From Owenia fusiformis (lineage: Eukaryota): DNA of 64,000 bases. The notes below the pieces were generated by a model. The model saw only the letters and a list, made by a program, of their open reading frames with translations, was not told the DNA's origin and searched no databases. Location of the stretch: contig CAIIXF020000001.1 in NCBI GenBank assembly GCA_903813345.2, positions 36,270,001 to 36,334,000 of the forward strand, given 5' to 3'. Every line of letters begins with the position of its first letter. Within the stretch, counting starts at the first letter, position 1. Positions 62,189-64,000 of this stretch are shown here, piece by piece. A program made the position numbers and the translations under genes.

Positions 62189-64000
62189 AATATGCTGATG
62201 TTGTAGGTAGAATCTCGAATATCCTTAAATAGCTAAATTAAGGTAGAGAATGCACATTGTATATGAGGACAAGATATGTTTCAATGGTATTATCTAGAGA
62301 CTTAGGCAAACCGAGGTTATTTGTCTTAACAAACATATGAATATAAAAATAAGTTAATACGTAAATGATGATTTCTCTTGATAGTTCAACCAAAGATTTC
62401 TAAAGACATTCCGTGAAGGTTGTATGTCCTGTTGCAGAACCCCTGTTTTCACGACTTTGAAATAATGATGTAGACAGTTCTTGATTTATAATTATGAATT
62501 TATATTAGTATATATGTATTGGAAATGTATTAATTTATAGCTGAGTTAAACAGGGGACCTTTTTTGAGCAAAAGCAATGGTCTATTTTATTAAAGAAATC
62601 TGCTCAAGGGATCTTCTATTTTTAGAAATGGATAGCAAGTGTAAATCTGTACCTGGAAAATGTTAAGACCCATCGGTAGAGTTGATTTTCTAAGAAAATT
62701 ATTCTTTATATAATTGTTTTTTTTTGTAACATTTTCTCGCTTTCAATGAGTAAAACAATTTTAACAACAATTAGATATAATTTAATTTTTTAAACAGCAT
62801 TATTTATTATATTTTAGATAAAAATTGTTTTTGATTTTCACCACCAGATAAATGTGATAACAAGTAGGATGTCATTGAAAAAAGAAAAGCTAAAAGAGTT
62901 TTATTATCTAATCTGATGATTACAACATTTGACAGTCTATATTTTAATTTTATCTGACACTGTAAGGTTCTGAATATTCTGAAATGATTTTGATAAATGG
63001 CCCTAGTCGAAATCCTCCATAAGTTAAAAAAATTACAAGCGATTTGCTTGAAAAAAATCGAGGACACATTACAGCAATATCAATACTAAAGGGTTCCATG
63101 TAATGAAAATTATGGTCCAATAGGACATATTTCTTGATTTTCCAGTGGGTTTGGTTAACACTTAATTGTTCATTTGCCAACTACAGCGTGTTAGAATCTG
63201 AAAATAAATCTGTTTTTATACTTTAGTCATGAAATGTTGTATGTTTACTCCTAATTATATTTCCTCATAGTTCGAAAATTGGGAGACCTTACAAATGCCC
63301 TGCACTTTCACATTTGGGGCCTTTTGACCTTATGTTTAATTCAAGGGCAATTATATCCCTTTATACTTCATGATAATTGATCCTACTCCTCTGTATCATA
63401 TTATTTATTGCTCTTCCTGTATGTTATATAGTGATTCTGGTTTTCTAATAATAATGTTTAATAGCTAAGAATGATTAATTATCATTTAATATTGAAGTTA
63501 TTACACAGAATGAAGGAGATTTGCAAACACAATATAGGGTAACTGCATAATAAACATGTCACTTCAAAGCTCTTAATTGTTCAGAATTGTTTATTAATTA
63601 TTTTATTGTTTAGATTTATTACATGTATGACAAAGAACTGATTTTCATGGTTGGTTTCATATGTTGATCCAGTTTTTCTTCCATTTTCAAATGTTGTTCC
63701 TTGTCCTTTTTATCATATAATGTATGTTTTCTTGTACAGTAATGTTTATCATATTTGTTAACAGTTTGTGATTTGAGAGCAGGATATATCAATATCTCCC
63801 ATAGAATAACCCTTCTAATATTTGACAGTATATATAACACAAAATAACCATTAAGTATTGCATTTTTCCTTAGAATTACCTTTGAAAGTTTCCTTATTCA
63901 AATTTAAAACAAAATGTTTTCACAAACATAGATTAGAGTGAAAGATTCCTGATGTCCCTACTGAATAAAACATGCATCCTGACATACACGCAACAACAGT

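Overview
AT-rich eukaryotic genomic DNA, most likely a marine invertebrate (lophotrochozoan/mollusc-like; inferred from the repeat types and receptor family, not proven). There is one well-supported protein-coding gene: an intronless 385-aa class A GPCR of the FMRFamide/sex-peptide-receptor-like type at 18084..19241 (-). The rest is non-coding and dense in repeats: four large minisatellite arrays (41, 31, 35 and 54 bp units), smaller arrays, non-autonomous DNA transposons recognised by TIR/TSD signatures (Tc1/mariner with transposase relics, pogo-like, Kolobok-like, CMC/EnSpm-like, MULE- or hAT-like, one CAC...GTG element with a 5-bp TSD), two Helentron/HINE-like families, a tRNA-derived SINE and a tRNA-like unit enclosed in inverted repeats. 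There is no CRISPR array, operon or prokaryotic system, and I cannot support a new multi-gene system. Best leads: the Transib/RAG-like element with asymmetric bipartite ends; an in-frame, stop-interrupted N-terminal extension of the GPCR; a 4.8-kb structure bounded by inverted, self-palindromic arms; the stem-enclosed tRNA-like unit; and a small TATA-preceded Lys/Arg/Gly-rich ORF. All alignments and counts were done by eye, so boundaries may be off by a few bases.
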